From the human T2T-CHM13v2.0 reference genome, Homo sapiens, in assembly GCF_009914755.1 (NCBI RefSeq), contig NC_060947.1: a stretch of DNA of 64,000 nt; one strand, written 5' to 3'. How positions within the stretch are numbered: position 1 is the stretch's first letter; each line of letters begins with the position of its first letter. The position numbers and the translations under genes are program-made. Positions 63,444 through 64,000 of this stretch are shown one piece after another. The notes beneath the pieces are model-generated. The model did not search any database and had not been told where the DNA came from. It saw only the letters and a program-made list of their open reading frames with translations.

Positions 63444-63814
63444 TGATATGGTTTGGCTGTGCCCCCACCCAAATCTCATCTTGAATTGTAACTCCCACAA
63501 TTCCCACATGTCATGAAAGGGACCCACTGGGAGGTAATTGAAACATGGGGGCAGGTGTTTCTCATGCTGTTCTCGTGATAGTGAATACATCTCATGAGAT
63601 CTGATGGTTTTAAAAACGGGAGTTTCCCTGCACAAGCTCTCTCTCTTTGCCTGCTGCCATCCATGTAAGATGTGATTTGCTCATCCTTGCCTTCTACCAT
63701 GATTGTGAGGCCTCTGCAGCCATGTGGAACTGTAAGCCCATTAAACCTCTTTTGTTTGTAAATTGCCCAGTCTTGGGTACATCTGTATCAGCAGTGTGAA
63801 AACAGACTAATACA
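63444..63814 (+). mobile_element. THE1 (THE1A/B-like) 5' LTR
   Basis: TGatatggtttggctgtgcccccacccaaatctcatcttgaattg...aacagactaataCA. Confidence 0.95.
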
Positions 63815-64000
63815 GTAAATTGGTACCAGTAGAATGGGGCATTGCTGAAAAGATACCCAAGAATGTGGAAGTGACTTTGGAACTGGGTAACAGGCAGAGG
63901 TTGGAACAGTTCGGAGGGCTCAGAAGAGGACAGGAGAATGTGGGAAAGCTTGGAACTCCCTAGAGACTTGTTGAGTGGCTTTGACTAAAATCCTGATAAT
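63815..64000 (+). mobile_element. THE1 internal sequence (runs off the window)
   Basis: gtaaattggtaccagtagaatggggc...gactttggaactgggtaacaggcagaggttggaacagt. Confidence 0.9.

Noticed and set aside
63711-63723. THE1B PRDM9 hotspot motif position
   Set aside because: Reads CCTCTGCAGCCAT, which does not match CCNCCNTNNCCNC.

Overview
This is primate (very probably human) AT-rich, CpG-poor non-coding DNA, either intronic or intergenic. I find no credible host protein-coding exon, RNA gene or CpG island. The supplied ORFs are chance ORFs or translations of Alu, L1, Tigger1, ERVL and THE1 remnants. Much of the window is recognisable interspersed repeat: 7 Alu insertions, L1 pieces including a 5.2-kb deleted L1M, many L2/MIR copies, MaLR/ERVL/ERV1 LTRs, hAT MITEs and a near-full-length Tigger1. 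The main result is an apparent fossil inversion. It starts at ~43549 and ends at one terminus of Tigger1 (~48135 or 50760). An L1MA, a MER54-like LTR and the LTR16 hosting it are each split into halves on opposite strands, and all rejoin when the segment is flipped. This suggests a transposase-associated rearrangement. Family names come from my recollection of Repbase/Dfam consensuses, not a search. Boundaries of old repeats are approximate (tens of bp).
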